A DNA stretch of 64,000 nucleotides. It comes from a virus (lineage: Duplodnaviria > Caudoviricetes). A program made the position numbers and the translations under genes. This document shows, piece by piece, positions 40,023 through 48,983 of the stretch. The notes under the pieces are model-generated. The model had not been told where the DNA came from. It made no database searches and worked only from the letters and a program-made list of their open reading frames with translations. Every line of letters starts with the position of its first letter. Within the stretch, counting starts at the first letter, position 1. Where the stretch lies: positions 1,191 through 65,190 of the IMG/VR virus record IMGVR_UViG_3300033121_000332. One strand, written 5' to 3'.

Positions 40023-40263
40023 CAGTGTTTTTATCGGTGGATTTACGGATTACCCATGATGGTAAATCTTTATGCTGATATGAAACATCAACAAACAATA
40101 TCAGGTTGATCATGCGCTGCATCCATCGCTTGAGCCGAGCGGCTTCCTCTGGCTTGCCTTCACTTTCCAGGTAATCAATCTTCTCTTGATAAGTATCACC
40201 TGGACAACCGCATTTCCATCCATGATCTGTATGTTCGCGTATTTTCATTTCTGTATACAACAA
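40012..40263 (-). CDS. Hypothetical protein
   Basis: Overlaps the terL start by 11 nt; not TerS-like. Confidence 0.5.
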   Translation of the reverse strand: MLYTEMKIREHTDHGWKCGCPGDTYQEKIDYLESEGKPEEAARLKRWMQRMINLILFVDVSYQHKDLPSWVIRKSTDKNTDGS

Positions 40264-40327
40264 TTAACCTAAAAGTTAATCTGGGAGGCGAGCAGTGACA
40301 TTAAGCTGCCTCCCTACCAGCCGGAAG

Positions 40328-40573
40328 TTAGCCACCATCTTCGGCTGATTTATCGGTACTTTCTGGCTTTCCCTCGGACGCGACCCATTGTTTAAAGTCT
40401 GTTGTGACCGACTCTAATTCTTGAATCATATGTTGGAGCGTGGATTGTTCAATGTTTAAGAAATAATGCTCTTTGCTCATCGGATGACGCAATCCTTCCA
40501 ACCCTTCTTTAAACATTTTAATCTGCTCTAAATCAGCATCCGTCAGGTATTTATACCTGTTTTTCGTCAACAT
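40328..40573 (-). CDS. Hypothetical protein
   Basis: Helical ORF; start uncertain (40573 or 40588). Confidence 0.5.
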   Translation of the reverse strand: MLTKNRYKYLTDADLEQIKMFKEGLEGLRHPMSKEHYFLNIEQSTLQHMIQELESVTTDFKQWVASEGKPESTDKSAEDGG

Positions 40574-40793
40574 TTTTCGGCCTGCCATCTTCCCATAGCC
40601 TGCAAGTAAGAATATCAAATATTTCGGCTTCCATCTTTGCCGCTCTGAGCATAACATCGTGGAAAGACGGAAGGTTGATAGCTATTTGCGGGTACTCCCG
40701 TTTCTCAATCTTGCCTATGGACTGCAAGTAAGATTTAAAATCTTCCACTGCCGCCCTGTGTAGCGTTTTTAGAAACTCATCGTATTCAGTCAT
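40551..40793 (-). CDS. Hypothetical protein
   Basis: Starts 1 nt after the caspase stop. Confidence 0.55.
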   Translation of the reverse strand: MTEYDEFLKTLHRAAVEDFKSYLQSIGKIEKREYPQIAINLPSFHDVMLRAAKMEAEIFDILTCRLWEDGRPKNVDEKQV

Positions 40794-40794
40794 A

Positions 40795-41610
40795 TTATGT
40801 CATAAACGGAAGTTTGAGGTTTGCGATTGTCCCGCCTAACATTATTCGTTGCGCGTAACCATTCGCTCGCAACCAGTTATTCGCCCATTCCTGCACTTGC
40901 AGATAATCTGCACTCTTCCCCAATGCCAGCCACGCCAGCATCAGAGAATACGTCCCGGCCCCTCTGTATTTGCTCCCGATGAACGCATCCGCCGAAGTCT
41001 CATCAGGACGCGATGTAGCAACAAGGACGCTCGTTTCGGAGTTAATGTCCAGAAATTTTGTCGCATCATAATTAGCCAAGGTCGTATTGGCCGGTGTCCC
41101 TTTGACTCTCAGGAACCGGGGAGTAGAGAACCCCATCATTCGCTTGACGCCGTTGGGGATGAACCCAAACCTCTGCGCCTGTCCCGCGAAACACGAATCC
41201 AGTAGGATGATCAACTTGGCCGGCTTCAACCTGTCTGCGAATCGTCCAATCTCATCGTCTAAAATTACTCCATTCTTTGAGTAATCTACTGGAACGATTG
41301 CACCGTCAATCCCACTCTTTTCGTCTTTGTTCTTATCTTTGATGTATGTCCCATGCCCCGAATACTGGAAGATGACCGTCGAAGGGGAACGTCTCGCATC
41401 CTTTGTACTGAACATTGATGCTTTGACTGCCTCATCAAACACTTTACGGATATTCTTCCCTGTCGCATCCTTGTCGAAAAGTCGATAGGTGACAGTCGGC
41501 GGCGCAAGCATCAACTTACTCTTTTCCTCGAAATCCAAGATATCATTAACGCATCCCTGCAAGGATGCTCCACCACCGTATGCGTTGATCCCAACCTTGA
41601 TAATATTCAT
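40795..41610 (-). CDS. Caspase-family peptidase C14 (metacaspase-like)
   Basis: VGINAY...LQGCVND, QYSGHG (catalytic His), LLDSCF (catalytic Cys), ATSRPDETSAD. Confidence 0.9.
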   Translation of the reverse strand: MNIIKVGINAYGGGASLQGCVNDILDFEEKSKLMLAPPTVTYRLFDKDATGKNIRKVFDEAVKASMFSTKDARRSPSTVIFQYSGHGTYIKDKNKDEKSGIDGAIVPVDYSKNGVILDDEIGRFADRLKPAKLIILLDSCFAGQAQRFGFIPNGVKRMMGFSTPRFLRVKGTPANTTLANYDATKFLDINSETSVLVATSRPDETSADAFIGSKYRGAGTYSLMLAWLALGKSADYLQVQEWANNWLRANGYAQRIMLGGTIANLKLPFMT

Positions 41611-42359
41611 TTTATAGTGACCTTGACACTTGGAGAAAATGCCGAGGGAGTCTGCAATATCAAATCAAGACTCTTTCCCGCAAGCATCGCTCCCAATTCC
41701 GACGATATGTCAAATATGACATTATCCCATCCGTATACCATTGTCCCGCGACTCAGGCTCACACCCGGAATCTCATAGAAATTGTAATCTTCATCAAGCA
41801 GGATTATATAATACAACTGCCACTCAGGGCGAAGGTTCGAATATACCCCTGTCCCCCACATCATTACCCGTGCGCCACCAGATGCGGGGATGACCCCGTT
41901 TACGATCATCGCAAATCCGTTTCCGTTCATCGTCAAGCCGGCAGGATAACCGTCCACCATCTTGATCAACCACGGCGACGTATCATTGAGATACATCCGA
42001 TATGGCCACACCACCCCCGTACCCGAATTCCTGACTTCCAATCGATTCCACTTCAGTCTTACCGGCTGAATCACCGGGGCGTCATACGCCACAACAAACG
42101 TGATTCGTGTAGGCGACACACCCCTGAGTTTACACGCCACCCCGTCAATCGTAACCGTGACGCCCCGGATATTCTCAGGTAACATCAAAATATCCGCCGC
42201 CTGATCCGACCAGCCATCCGTGAAGTTTTCCCCCTCGATAATCGCGGCGGCTCCCCTCGACGGCAGGCTGTCCAGATACTCATGCCGGACACTTGTTACC
42301 TGACCGAATCCAGCCACGCTCATCAATATGACAAAAACTGTAATAATTAGGCTTCGCAT
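41607..42359 (-). CDS. Secreted TIGR03437 (Solibacter C-terminal repeat)-like / IPT-TIG protein
   Basis: Signal peptide; LPENIRGVTVTIDGVACKLRGVSPTRITFVV...PA..G..VMMWGTGV resembles the acidobacterial TIGR03437 pattern. Confidence 0.7.
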   Translation of the reverse strand: MRSLIITVFVILMSVAGFGQVTSVRHEYLDSLPSRGAAAIIEGENFTDGWSDQAADILMLPENIRGVTVTIDGVACKLRGVSPTRITFVVAYDAPVIQPVRLKWNRLEVRNSGTGVVWPYRMYLNDTSPWLIKMVDGYPAGLTMNGNGFAMIVNGVIPASGGARVMMWGTGVYSNLRPEWQLYYIILLDEDYNFYEIPGVSLSRGTMVYGWDNVIFDISSELGAMLAGKSLDLILQTPSAFSPSVKVTIK

Positions 42360-42905
42360 TTATTGCACATCCAGTATTTCTCGCAAGCTGTCCAAACTTC
42401 TCAACTTGCTGTGGTGAATTGCCCGGTTGCGATACCCCGGAAGGAATTCCTTCACTTCCCCTCGCTCCAGATCCTCTCCCCACGCCCATCCTATCAACCA
42501 GGTTCGCTTATCTTCCAGGTTACAGCCAGCCAACACGTAAATATCCGCCACCACCGGCAACTTCTCTTCCAAATATAACAGATACCACGGCTTCTCCGCC
42601 GTTTTCACGTCTATTGTATACCCGTTTATCGTAAAATCCACTCCACCATCCCCAAACGGTCGCAGTGTCATGTCCACTTGACTATTAAACCGCCACGCAA
42701 ACTCAAATTCTCCCGCCAACCCCATCTTGTTCGCTCGTAAATCGTCTTTCATCGAACGACCTTTTTGCCCCATCTGCACGTGCATGTTCTGGCGAATCCG
42801 CGCAGCCTCGTCTATGTAGTCCCAATAGTCCAAATAGATGCGCCTCTGCCCCTCTCCAAGATTCGCATCCCACGCCTGCATGATCTGTGTCGATCCTGAT
42901 TCCAT
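42360..42905 (-). CDS. Putative PD-(D/E)xK-fold nuclease
   Basis: GLAGE...DGGVDF..NGYTIDVKT motif; TAATG-coupled to the methyltransferase. Confidence 0.55.
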   Translation of the reverse strand: MESGSTQIMQAWDANLGEGQRRIYLDYWDYIDEAARIRQNMHVQMGQKGRSMKDDLRANKMGLAGEFEFAWRFNSQVDMTLRPFGDGGVDFTINGYTIDVKTAEKPWYLLYLEEKLPVVADIYVLAGCNLEDKRTWLIGWAWGEDLERGEVKEFLPGYRNRAIHHSKLRSLDSLREILDVQ

Positions 42906-44191
42906 TAGAATAACTCCGGTTGTCTGTTGTCGTTCGTTTCGCCTGCTTCGTCTTTCCAATGCGCGATTCTGCGCTGTGCTATCTCGATGTATTCAGGCTC
43001 GCGCTCAATCCCGATAAAGTTGAAGCCTTCCAGCATTGCCGCTGCGCCCGTTGTCCCGCTCCCCATGAATGGGTCAAGGATTACCCCATCAGACGGCGTC
43101 ACAAGTCGGCACAACCAGCGCATCAGGGCGATGGGTTTGACAGTTGGGTGAGCGTTGCGAGCGGGTGAGCCGCATTTAGGAGCCGTGCGTCCCTCAGATG
43201 GCAACACGTAGTCGTTTAACGTCTTCTTCTCCCGCTCCTCCAGCCCCTCGCAACCCGCTTCACGCTCACTCCTGCTCGCCTTCGCGCAGTAAAAGAATCG
43301 GGCCGCCGAGCCGGTGTCGCCAAGATAAGAATGTGAGAATGTAGAGATATTGGAGCCATAACCTTGCGCTGCTATCGTTTTGTTGCCCTTATCGCCACTC
43401 CCGCTCGTCGTCACAGGAAACATCCCCACAACCTCATCGCTCCCATCGTGGACGAAGTTTGCGGGCCAGCGGCCAGATGTGCCACCACGGATCATTCCAT
43501 GCCTATTATCCGCTCCAAACACACCAACATTGACGCCACTAGGCCGTTCCGTGCTTTCGTCTGTGGCTATTCGACACCCATCCACATTGATCCCGCCCGT
43601 ACCCCACGCCAGTACGTTCGCTGCCACCGTACCTTCACTCAATGGCTTCCGCGCCAACGTGATCGGCTCAAGTGCAGGCTTTAACGCAGTACCCCAACCG
43701 GCCCATTCCTTCGCGGCAGGAGTCGCGGGGGCGGTTTGGTAAATATGCTCGCGCTCAATCTGATTATTCCCGCCGCCGCCATAGTTCCCGCCAGTCAGTG
43801 TTCGCGCCGTTCCCGTCGCTTTATAGCTACCAATCACTTCCCGCTCGGCCCCCGCCATCTTGTCTATCGCCTTACTCACGTCCAACGACTTGGGGAAGCC
43901 GCTACCGTACACCCAAGCCAACATGTCCCTTATCTCAAAACCCGCATCTTCAATCCGCACCGCCATCCTGTGCTGCGTTCGCGTCCCCGCAAACGCCAAC
44001 AAATGCCCCCCAGGCTTCAATACCCGCAAACACTCTTCCCATAATTCCACGCTTGGGACATCGTAATCCCACTTCTTCCCCATGAAACTAAACCCATAAG
44101 GCGGGTCAGTCACTACCGCATCCACCGAACTATCCAATAACGACCGCAACACCCCTACATTGTCCCCCAAGTGCAAAACATACTCTCCCAT
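42905..44191 (-). CDS. Site-specific DNA methyltransferase (N6/N4, beta class)
   Basis: VVTDPPY catalytic motif; HPTVKP and ILDPFMGSGTTG SAM-binding motif. Confidence 0.92.
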   Translation of the reverse strand: MGEYVLHLGDNVGVLRSLLDSSVDAVVTDPPYGFSFMGKKWDYDVPSVELWEECLRVLKPGGHLLAFAGTRTQHRMAVRIEDAGFEIRDMLAWVYGSGFPKSLDVSKAIDKMAGAEREVIGSYKATGTARTLTGGNYGGGGNNQIEREHIYQTAPATPAAKEWAGWGTALKPALEPITLARKPLSEGTVAANVLAWGTGGINVDGCRIATDESTERPSGVNVGVFGADNRHGMIRGGTSGRWPANFVHDGSDEVVGMFPVTTSGSGDKGNKTIAAQGYGSNISTFSHSYLGDTGSAARFFYCAKASRSEREAGCEGLEEREKKTLNDYVLPSEGRTAPKCGSPARNAHPTVKPIALMRWLCRLVTPSDGVILDPFMGSGTTGAAAMLEGFNFIGIEREPEYIEIAQRRIAHWKDEAGETNDNRQPELF

Positions 44192-44244
44192 ACCCCTCAT
44201 CCTACCAGATTTCCCTTGACTTCTCAAATGTCAAGTCGAAAATT

Positions 44245-44660
44245 TTGGAGCCGTATTTTTTCCAAAGGGATTCCTTACTTTTTACACCCCCCACCCCTAC
44301 CAAGGGTAAACTACATCTTTTTTTAACCCAGGTTGCTTCTACACCCACCCTACCCCATCTACTACCACCCCCCACCCCCCCCCACCCGTACCATTTGTCA
44401 AGGTGTAAATGTGAGGGCGATTTAAAGGGGTGACCCCCTACTTTCCCGCGATGCCAGGTATGGGTCTGTGGGGTACGGGGTAGTGGTGCACAGCGTGTAC
44501 CCTGCCGCAGCGCGTAGCAGGCTGGTGGCGAGCGTCCCCGCCTGCCGTCCCTGCCTGCCCTGCCGCAGCGTGTAGCCTGCCTGCCCTGCTAAGTACAGCG
44601 AGCGCAGCGTGTTAGCCTACCGGCCAGCCAGCCAGCGGGCGTTAATTCAATTCGTAAAAT
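44245..44660. repeat. Non-coding divergence region with C-tracts and short CCTG/CAGC repeats
   Basis: C-rich tract 44281-44392; CCCTGCCGCAGCG(C/T)GTAGC x2; CCTGCCTGCCCTGC x2; GCCAGCCAGCCAGC; genes diverge on both sides. Confidence 0.6.
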
Positions 44661-44665
44661 AGTTG

Positions 44666-44694
44666 TTGACACGGACAGCGAGTGAGAGTATATT
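44666..44694 (+). promoter_or_regulatory. Early sigma70 promoter P1
   Basis: TTGACA-17-TATATT. Confidence 0.8.
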
Positions 44695-44744
44695 GCACTC
44701 ATCGCAGGCAATCACGCAGGCGAAACAGACTAACAGGAGGCAAC

Positions 44745-44972
44745 ATGAACCGATTCAGACTTCACCTTATTGATCCAATCTCCGGTGACTGGACAGCTGT
44801 CAACCATACAGTACAAGTAGAGGGAGGCATGACAGACGCTGACGTAGACAAGGCATTGCTGGCAGTGTTCCCTACGCTAAACCTTGACAACATATCAACC
44901 GACGGGGATGACTCCTCAGTCTATATTGAATTTGACGGTCAACTGGTCGCAGAATTCAGACGCGAACGCTAA
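44745..44972 (+). CDS. Small early protein
   Basis: ACAGGAGGC RBS before MNRFRLHLID. Confidence 0.75.
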   Translation: MNRFRLHLIDPISGDWTAVNHTVQVEGGMTDADVDKALLAVFPTLNLDNISTDGDDSSVYIEFDGQLVAEFRRER

Positions 44973-44983
44973 CAGGAGGCAAT

Positions 44984-45175
44984 ATGACTAAAGAGGAAAT
45001 TAAGACGCTGGAAAACGAACTACGCAAGTGCAGGCAAGATGTATTCTCCGACGATGAGGCCATCGCAGAGGCAGCACAGGAGCGTATATATGAAATCAAG
45101 GCATTGCTTCAGCTCGTTTATGATCGTCAGTGGGCGTCATCAATGTCTAACCGCAGCTACTTGGATATCTGCTAA
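44984..45175 (+). CDS. Small early protein
   Basis: ACAGGAGGC RBS. Confidence 0.75.
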   Translation: MTKEEIKTLENELRKCRQDVFSDDEAIAEAAQERIYEIKALLQLVYDRQWASSMSNRSYLDIC

Positions 45176-45186
45176 CAGGAGGCAAC

Positions 45187-45426
45187 ATGACATACACAAT
45201 CGATGCAATCCGCAAAGATAACAATGGAAAACTGCCAGCATGGGCCTGGCCGGGCGGATACCCTCTCTATTACTTGGATGAAAAAAACAATGTCCTTTGT
45301 CCAGAGTGTGCAAACAAAACAGGCTATTGTGCTGATGTAGTAGCCTGTGGCGTGAACTGGGAAGACGCGAATTTATACTGTGATGACTGCTCACAGCGTA
45401 TCGAGTCCGCATATGCGGAAGACTAA
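45187..45426 (+). CDS. Small early zinc-binding protein (AWPGGYP family)
   Basis: ACAGGAGGC RBS; AWPGGYPL, CPEC and CDDC motifs. Confidence 0.75.
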   Translation: MTYTIDAIRKDNNGKLPAWAWPGGYPLYYLDEKNNVLCPECANKTGYCADVVACGVNWEDANLYCDDCSQRIESAYAED

Positions 45427-45437
45427 CAGGAGGCAAT

Positions 45438-45662
45438 ATGATAGACGTAATGAATCTTTGCACATCGGAAATAATCACGTATGACACCAATGATCCAGTT
45501 GAGGCTGTCAAGCTGGCATTTCTGCAACACGACCGACACAATTTCAATACTTCGCAATACGCCGATATCCTGCCGACGTTAGGGTGCGCCGACAATGGCA
45601 AGCATACGGTAAGCTGCGGCAACTGGGCAGCGTTCAAAGACGGGCGAAGATTGCCGTTTTAA
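45438..45662 (+). CDS. Small early protein
   Basis: ACAGGAGGC RBS. Confidence 0.75.
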   Translation: MIDVMNLCTSEIITYDTNDPVEAVKLAFLQHDRHNFNTSQYADILPTLGCADNGKHTVSCGNWAAFKDGRRLPF

Positions 45663-45679
45663 TCTACAGGAGGCAAGCC

Positions 45680-45811
45680 ATGACTAAACTGATCGGCATC
45701 ATCCTGGTAGCTAGTGCGATTTACTGGTTTTGCACCTACTGGCCAAACACGGTGAGCAATGGGGCGATGGTCACGGCGCAGACGCAGATAACACGCAGCT
45801 TAAACAAGTGA
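45680..45811 (+). CDS. 43-aa single-TM early protein
   Basis: ACAGGAGGC RBS; MTKLIGIILVASAIYWFCTYW. Confidence 0.65.
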   Translation: MTKLIGIILVASAIYWFCTYWPNTVSNGAMVTAQTQITRSLNK

Positions 45812-45843
45812 TTAAGAGTTTAAGCATTTGTTTAACGCAATGT

Positions 45844-45875
45844 CCAGTCTTGACAATTGACAAGGCTGGTATAAT
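45844..45875 (+). promoter_or_regulatory. Extended -10 promoter overlapped by an inverted repeat
   Basis: CCAGTCTTG-N8-CAAGGCTGG followed by TATAAT (TGgTATAAT); the TTGACA lies only 14 nt upstream. Confidence 0.5.
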
Positions 45876-45892
45876 CAACACAGGAGGCAATC

Positions 45893-46144
45893 ATGACAAT
45901 TCTAGGTTTCGTAAAATGGGGACGAGATTTAATCCCGCACCTGCAATCGGAAGAGAATGCACCAAAGCTCCAGAATCGCGGAGACAATACGTTCTATGGG
46001 CAGGTTGATGTTTACTTGCCGGAACTCTTGGAGATGCTGGACGGCAAGGCATACGGATATGTGCGTATTGACTATGCTGATAGGCAAGGGGTGATTCTAT
46101 TCGCCGAGAATAACAGGCAAGACGGTTCTTTTAGTTTCAGCTAA
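45893..46144 (+). CDS. Small early protein
   Basis: CACAGGAGGC RBS. Confidence 0.75.
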   Translation: MTILGFVKWGRDLIPHLQSEENAPKLQNRGDNTFYGQVDVYLPELLEMLDGKAYGYVRIDYADRQGVILFAENNRQDGSFSFS

Positions 46145-46156
46145 ACACAGGAGGCA

Positions 46157-46357
46157 ATGATGACTTTTAACGAATTCAAGAAAGAATATTACCGGCTAGT
46201 GAAGATTATCACTAGTCACTGGCCGGATGACAAGGAAAGCATGGAAGCAAAATCATCAATCAGTGAGCTGGTGGAAGAGTATCCTGACTTTGAAGCACAG
46301 ATTGATGAACTTGATTGTGAGCAGCAAATCCCAAACATGTCTTATTTGGTACTATAG
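46157..46357 (+). CDS. Small acidic early protein
   Basis: CACAGGAGGC RBS. Confidence 0.75.
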   Translation: MMTFNEFKKEYYRLVKIITSHWPDDKESMEAKSSISELVEEYPDFEAQIDELDCEQQIPNMSYLVL

Positions 46358-46366
46358 GAGGCAATC

Positions 46367-46690
46367 ATGAAACGAGCTATTAAAAACGGGAATCCGTTCC
46401 ACCTGCTACCTGAAGAGTTCATTCTCCATTCTTTGACAGTGGCAGGAGTGCATAAATTCTGGCCGTATCGGATACTCGGTAATATTCGAATGGTGACAGC
46501 GAGTAATACCCACTTTATCAGCGATATTGAATCCGCTTGCGTAGTAGTTGGTGAAGTTGGCGAGTGTAAGAGTTTGACACTGCGGGTTAGCGTGTGCTTT
46601 CCAGATGACGGTAACAAAGTGATGCCTGGAATCATTCGCTACACATTGACGAAGCTGACGCACAAGGTGACACTTAAACTGGATCAATAA
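46367..46690 (+). CDS. Early protein
   Basis: AGGAGGC RBS. Confidence 0.7.
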   Translation: MKRAIKNGNPFHLLPEEFILHSLTVAGVHKFWPYRILGNIRMVTASNTHFISDIESACVVVGEVGECKSLTLRVSVCFPDDGNKVMPGIIRYTLTKLTHKVTLKLDQ

Positions 46691-46707
46691 TTCCAGCAAT
46701 TATCCGC

Positions 46708-46736
46708 TTGACACAACCATTGATTGAGAGTAAGAT
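46708..46736 (+). promoter_or_regulatory. Early sigma70 promoter P2
   Basis: TTGACA-17-TAAGAT. Confidence 0.8.
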
Positions 46737-46795
46737 GCAAGCATAACGAAACGGATTGACAATCAACCCAAATTGAAACGGACAACGGAGGCTAT

Positions 46796-47062
46796 ATGAT
46801 CAAAGAAACCAGAGAAGAAAGAGACAAGCGCATCGCCAAGCTGGAAGAAACCACATGGGCAAAGCAGGAAGCAAAAAAGACAAAGTATGTTCCCGTGTGG
46901 GTACTTCAAATCGACTATGGCGGAGGCTGGCAAGATGAAACCTGGAGCGCGACAAGGGCATGTGCATATGGCGAAGCGGTAACTTATCGCCAAAACTGTA
47001 TTTATCCGGTTCGCGTATTCTGCCGGCGGATTAAACGGGAAGAAGTCTTTCCCGCCGTTTAA
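46796..47062 (+). CDS. Small early protein
   Basis: GGAGGC RBS. Confidence 0.7.
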   Translation: MIKETREERDKRIAKLEETTWAKQEAKKTKYVPVWVLQIDYGGGWQDETWSATRACAYGEAVTYRQNCIYPVRVFCRRIKREEVFPAV

Positions 47063-47093
47063 CAAATCAGATCATTAAATCAACGGAGGCATT

Positions 47094-47354
47094 ATGAAAT
47101 TGACACCTTATGGGGCAAACATGAACACGGTAGAATTCAATGATGGCCGGATTGTTCTATTCAGCTATAAAACAGCGGTTGCGGTATTCATTCCCGGCGA
47201 GGGGATCAAGCGCACGGCTACGAAATGGTCAATGACTACTACCAAGCATATCAATAAATGGGTTGCTGGAACATTCTCCCCGAACGTGACAGTTGAAACG
47301 GTTGCACAGGCAGAGATTGAAACCCTGGCGGCAGAATCACAGGAGGCAGCATGA
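47094..47354 (+). CDS. Conserved small phage early protein
   Basis: GGAGGC RBS; VLFSYKTAVA...KWSMTTTKHINKW motif of a widespread phage family. Confidence 0.75.
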   Translation: MKLTPYGANMNTVEFNDGRIVLFSYKTAVAVFIPGEGIKRTATKWSMTTTKHINKWVAGTFSPNVTVETVAQAEIETLAAESQEAA

Positions 47355-47950
47355 ATATCTTTTCAATTTTCAGTGACATCACATGCGGGGAGGCTTGCTG
47401 GTACGCTAAAGAAGATGTTTGCAAGTGTTCCTGTGGCGGGAAGAATCACGGTTGTCTGCGAACCTCAGATGGCCACCGACCAACACGAACCGCAAAGATA
47501 GACGGTGAAAGATATGAACTCGTGGCAGTCGGGAAGAATCTTTACTCCGAAGCTGCACAATTAACGCAGGGTCTAGGATGGCAATCGATTGAACACTTTG
47601 AAGCGTGGTCGCCCCTGGAAGATTCCAAAACCATAATGTCTTATCATCATTCCTATGACAGACACGGCACAACATCGGGAGCAGTTATCAGGCTGAAACC
47701 CGCAAGCAAAGCGCAGATTGCAAACTGGCCAGAGTTAGCAGCTTTTCAGGATATCCCACGATATGAGGCGGTTTATCTGTTGTGGATCAGATTGGAAGTG
47801 CCGAAGCAGTATCGATGCGCTCACGATTGTCAAAAGTGCGCTGAGAAATATCAGGAAATAGCAGCGGTTATACTTCCCCCACAATGGGCCGGAAAAGTGG
47901 AAACGGTGACGCTTACATCAAAATATTATCCGGTTGAGGAGGCAGCATGA
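47351..47950 (+). CDS. Cys-rich early protein
   Basis: CACAGGAGGC RBS; CGEACWYAKEDVCKCSCGGKNHG metal-binding segment. Confidence 0.7.
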   Translation: MNIFSIFSDITCGEACWYAKEDVCKCSCGGKNHGCLRTSDGHRPTRTAKIDGERYELVAVGKNLYSEAAQLTQGLGWQSIEHFEAWSPLEDSKTIMSYHHSYDRHGTTSGAVIRLKPASKAQIANWPELAAFQDIPRYEAVYLLWIRLEVPKQYRCAHDCQKCAEKYQEIAAVILPPQWAGKVETVTLTSKYYPVEEAA

Positions 47951-48132
47951 CCAAGTGGCAAGCAAAATTGAACGACGCAGAGAAGCGCAAAGCGGCATTG
48001 TCCCGCAACCAGGCAATCCGTGAGCAATGGCTACACGGTGACGCGCTGGAAACTGGCCGGCAGTCTGAGCCTATCCCAAAGGTGAGCAGGGGTATTTTAT
48101 TTAACCTGCTTGCATGGATCTGGCCGTTCTAA
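47947..48132 (+). CDS. Small early protein
   Basis: AGGAGGC RBS; ATGA overlap. Confidence 0.65.
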   Translation: MTKWQAKLNDAEKRKAALSRNQAIREQWLHGDALETGRQSEPIPKVSRGILFNLLAWIWPF

Positions 48133-48153
48133 CAATCACAGGAGGAGGATGAC

Positions 48154-48414
48154 ATGAGAGGAAATTTACTGACCAGTAACTATCAAAAGGATTTGGTATT
48201 CATCGGAACGGATAACCCCGACATACCCGAACATGAGTTTGTATCGTTCATTGAACAGGAAATGGATATTGAATCGGGACGCGACTTTGACGGCATTGAA
48301 GTTGAAGACATGACCCCTGAACACACAAACACGCGACGCGATTTACAATCATATTGTAAATTGTCAAATGATTACGAATTCGTTTATTTTGTTCGGTTGC
48401 GTCCGGTTCGTTGA
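48154..48414 (+). CDS. Small acidic early protein
   Basis: CACAGGAGG RBS. Confidence 0.7.
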   Translation: MRGNLLTSNYQKDLVFIGTDNPDIPEHEFVSFIEQEMDIESGRDFDGIEVEDMTPEHTNTRRDLQSYCKLSNDYEFVYFVRLRPVR

Positions 48415-48418
48415 TAAA

Positions 48419-48982
48419 TTAAGCCGCGACATCATCGGCGGTTGCTTCTTTGAGAAGTTTAACCAGATGCGGTTTGTTCTCTTCCAGATATTTGACAGCT
48501 TCTTCTTCGGTGCATCCGTGTTCGGATTGCACGAGTTGAAGCGCATGAGTGTAACCCTGGATTACAACGGAGCGAACATGACTGACGCTTTCCACCCTAG
48601 AAGTCGCTTCACCAGATAGAAGCTGAGTCACATCGGTTACGATTTTAATACCACCGATCAGATCACGGAATGAGACATTCTCATTTTCTAATGCTTGGGT
48701 TGCCCGATCAAAAAGCATATGTTGGAGATTCTTTGCCTTTTCGAGAATCGATTCTCGCAACATCTCTTTAGCTTCAGCGGTTCGCGGGTGAATCTTTTTC
48801 CCCCTCGACCAATCGCGCACCGCATCAGTTGATACCCCGGCAGATTTAGCGGCATACGCTTCAGGATAGATAATTCCTGAGCTGCGCTCACCATATTCAA
48901 GTGCAAGCAAAGCGGATGCCTGGGTGACAGCGCGATCCGGTATTTGATCAATCGGGTTTTCAGGGATTAGGGAAATTGACAT
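48419..48982 (-). CDS. HTH DNA-binding protein, terminase-small-subunit-like
   Basis: AAKSAGVSTDAVRDWSR HTH, helical middle, QLLSGEATSRVE motif. Confidence 0.5.
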   Translation of the reverse strand: MSISLIPENPIDQIPDRAVTQASALLALEYGERSSGIIYPEAYAAKSAGVSTDAVRDWSRGKKIHPRTAEAKEMLRESILEKAKNLQHMLFDRATQALENENVSFRDLIGGIKIVTDVTQLLSGEATSRVESVSHVRSVVIQGYTHALQLVQSEHGCTEEEAVKYLEENKPHLVKLLKEATADDVAA

Positions 48983-48983
48983 A

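Noticed and set aside
40283-40314. GGGAGGC...GCCTCCC hairpin as a third anti-RBS sRNA
   Set aside because: The motif is locked in the stem and no flanking promoter or terminator was found.
44215-44243. CTTGAC-N9-GTCAAG palindrome as a promoter or operator
   Set aside because: Neither strand gives a convincing -10 at 16-18 nt, and the spacing differs from the N8 motif.
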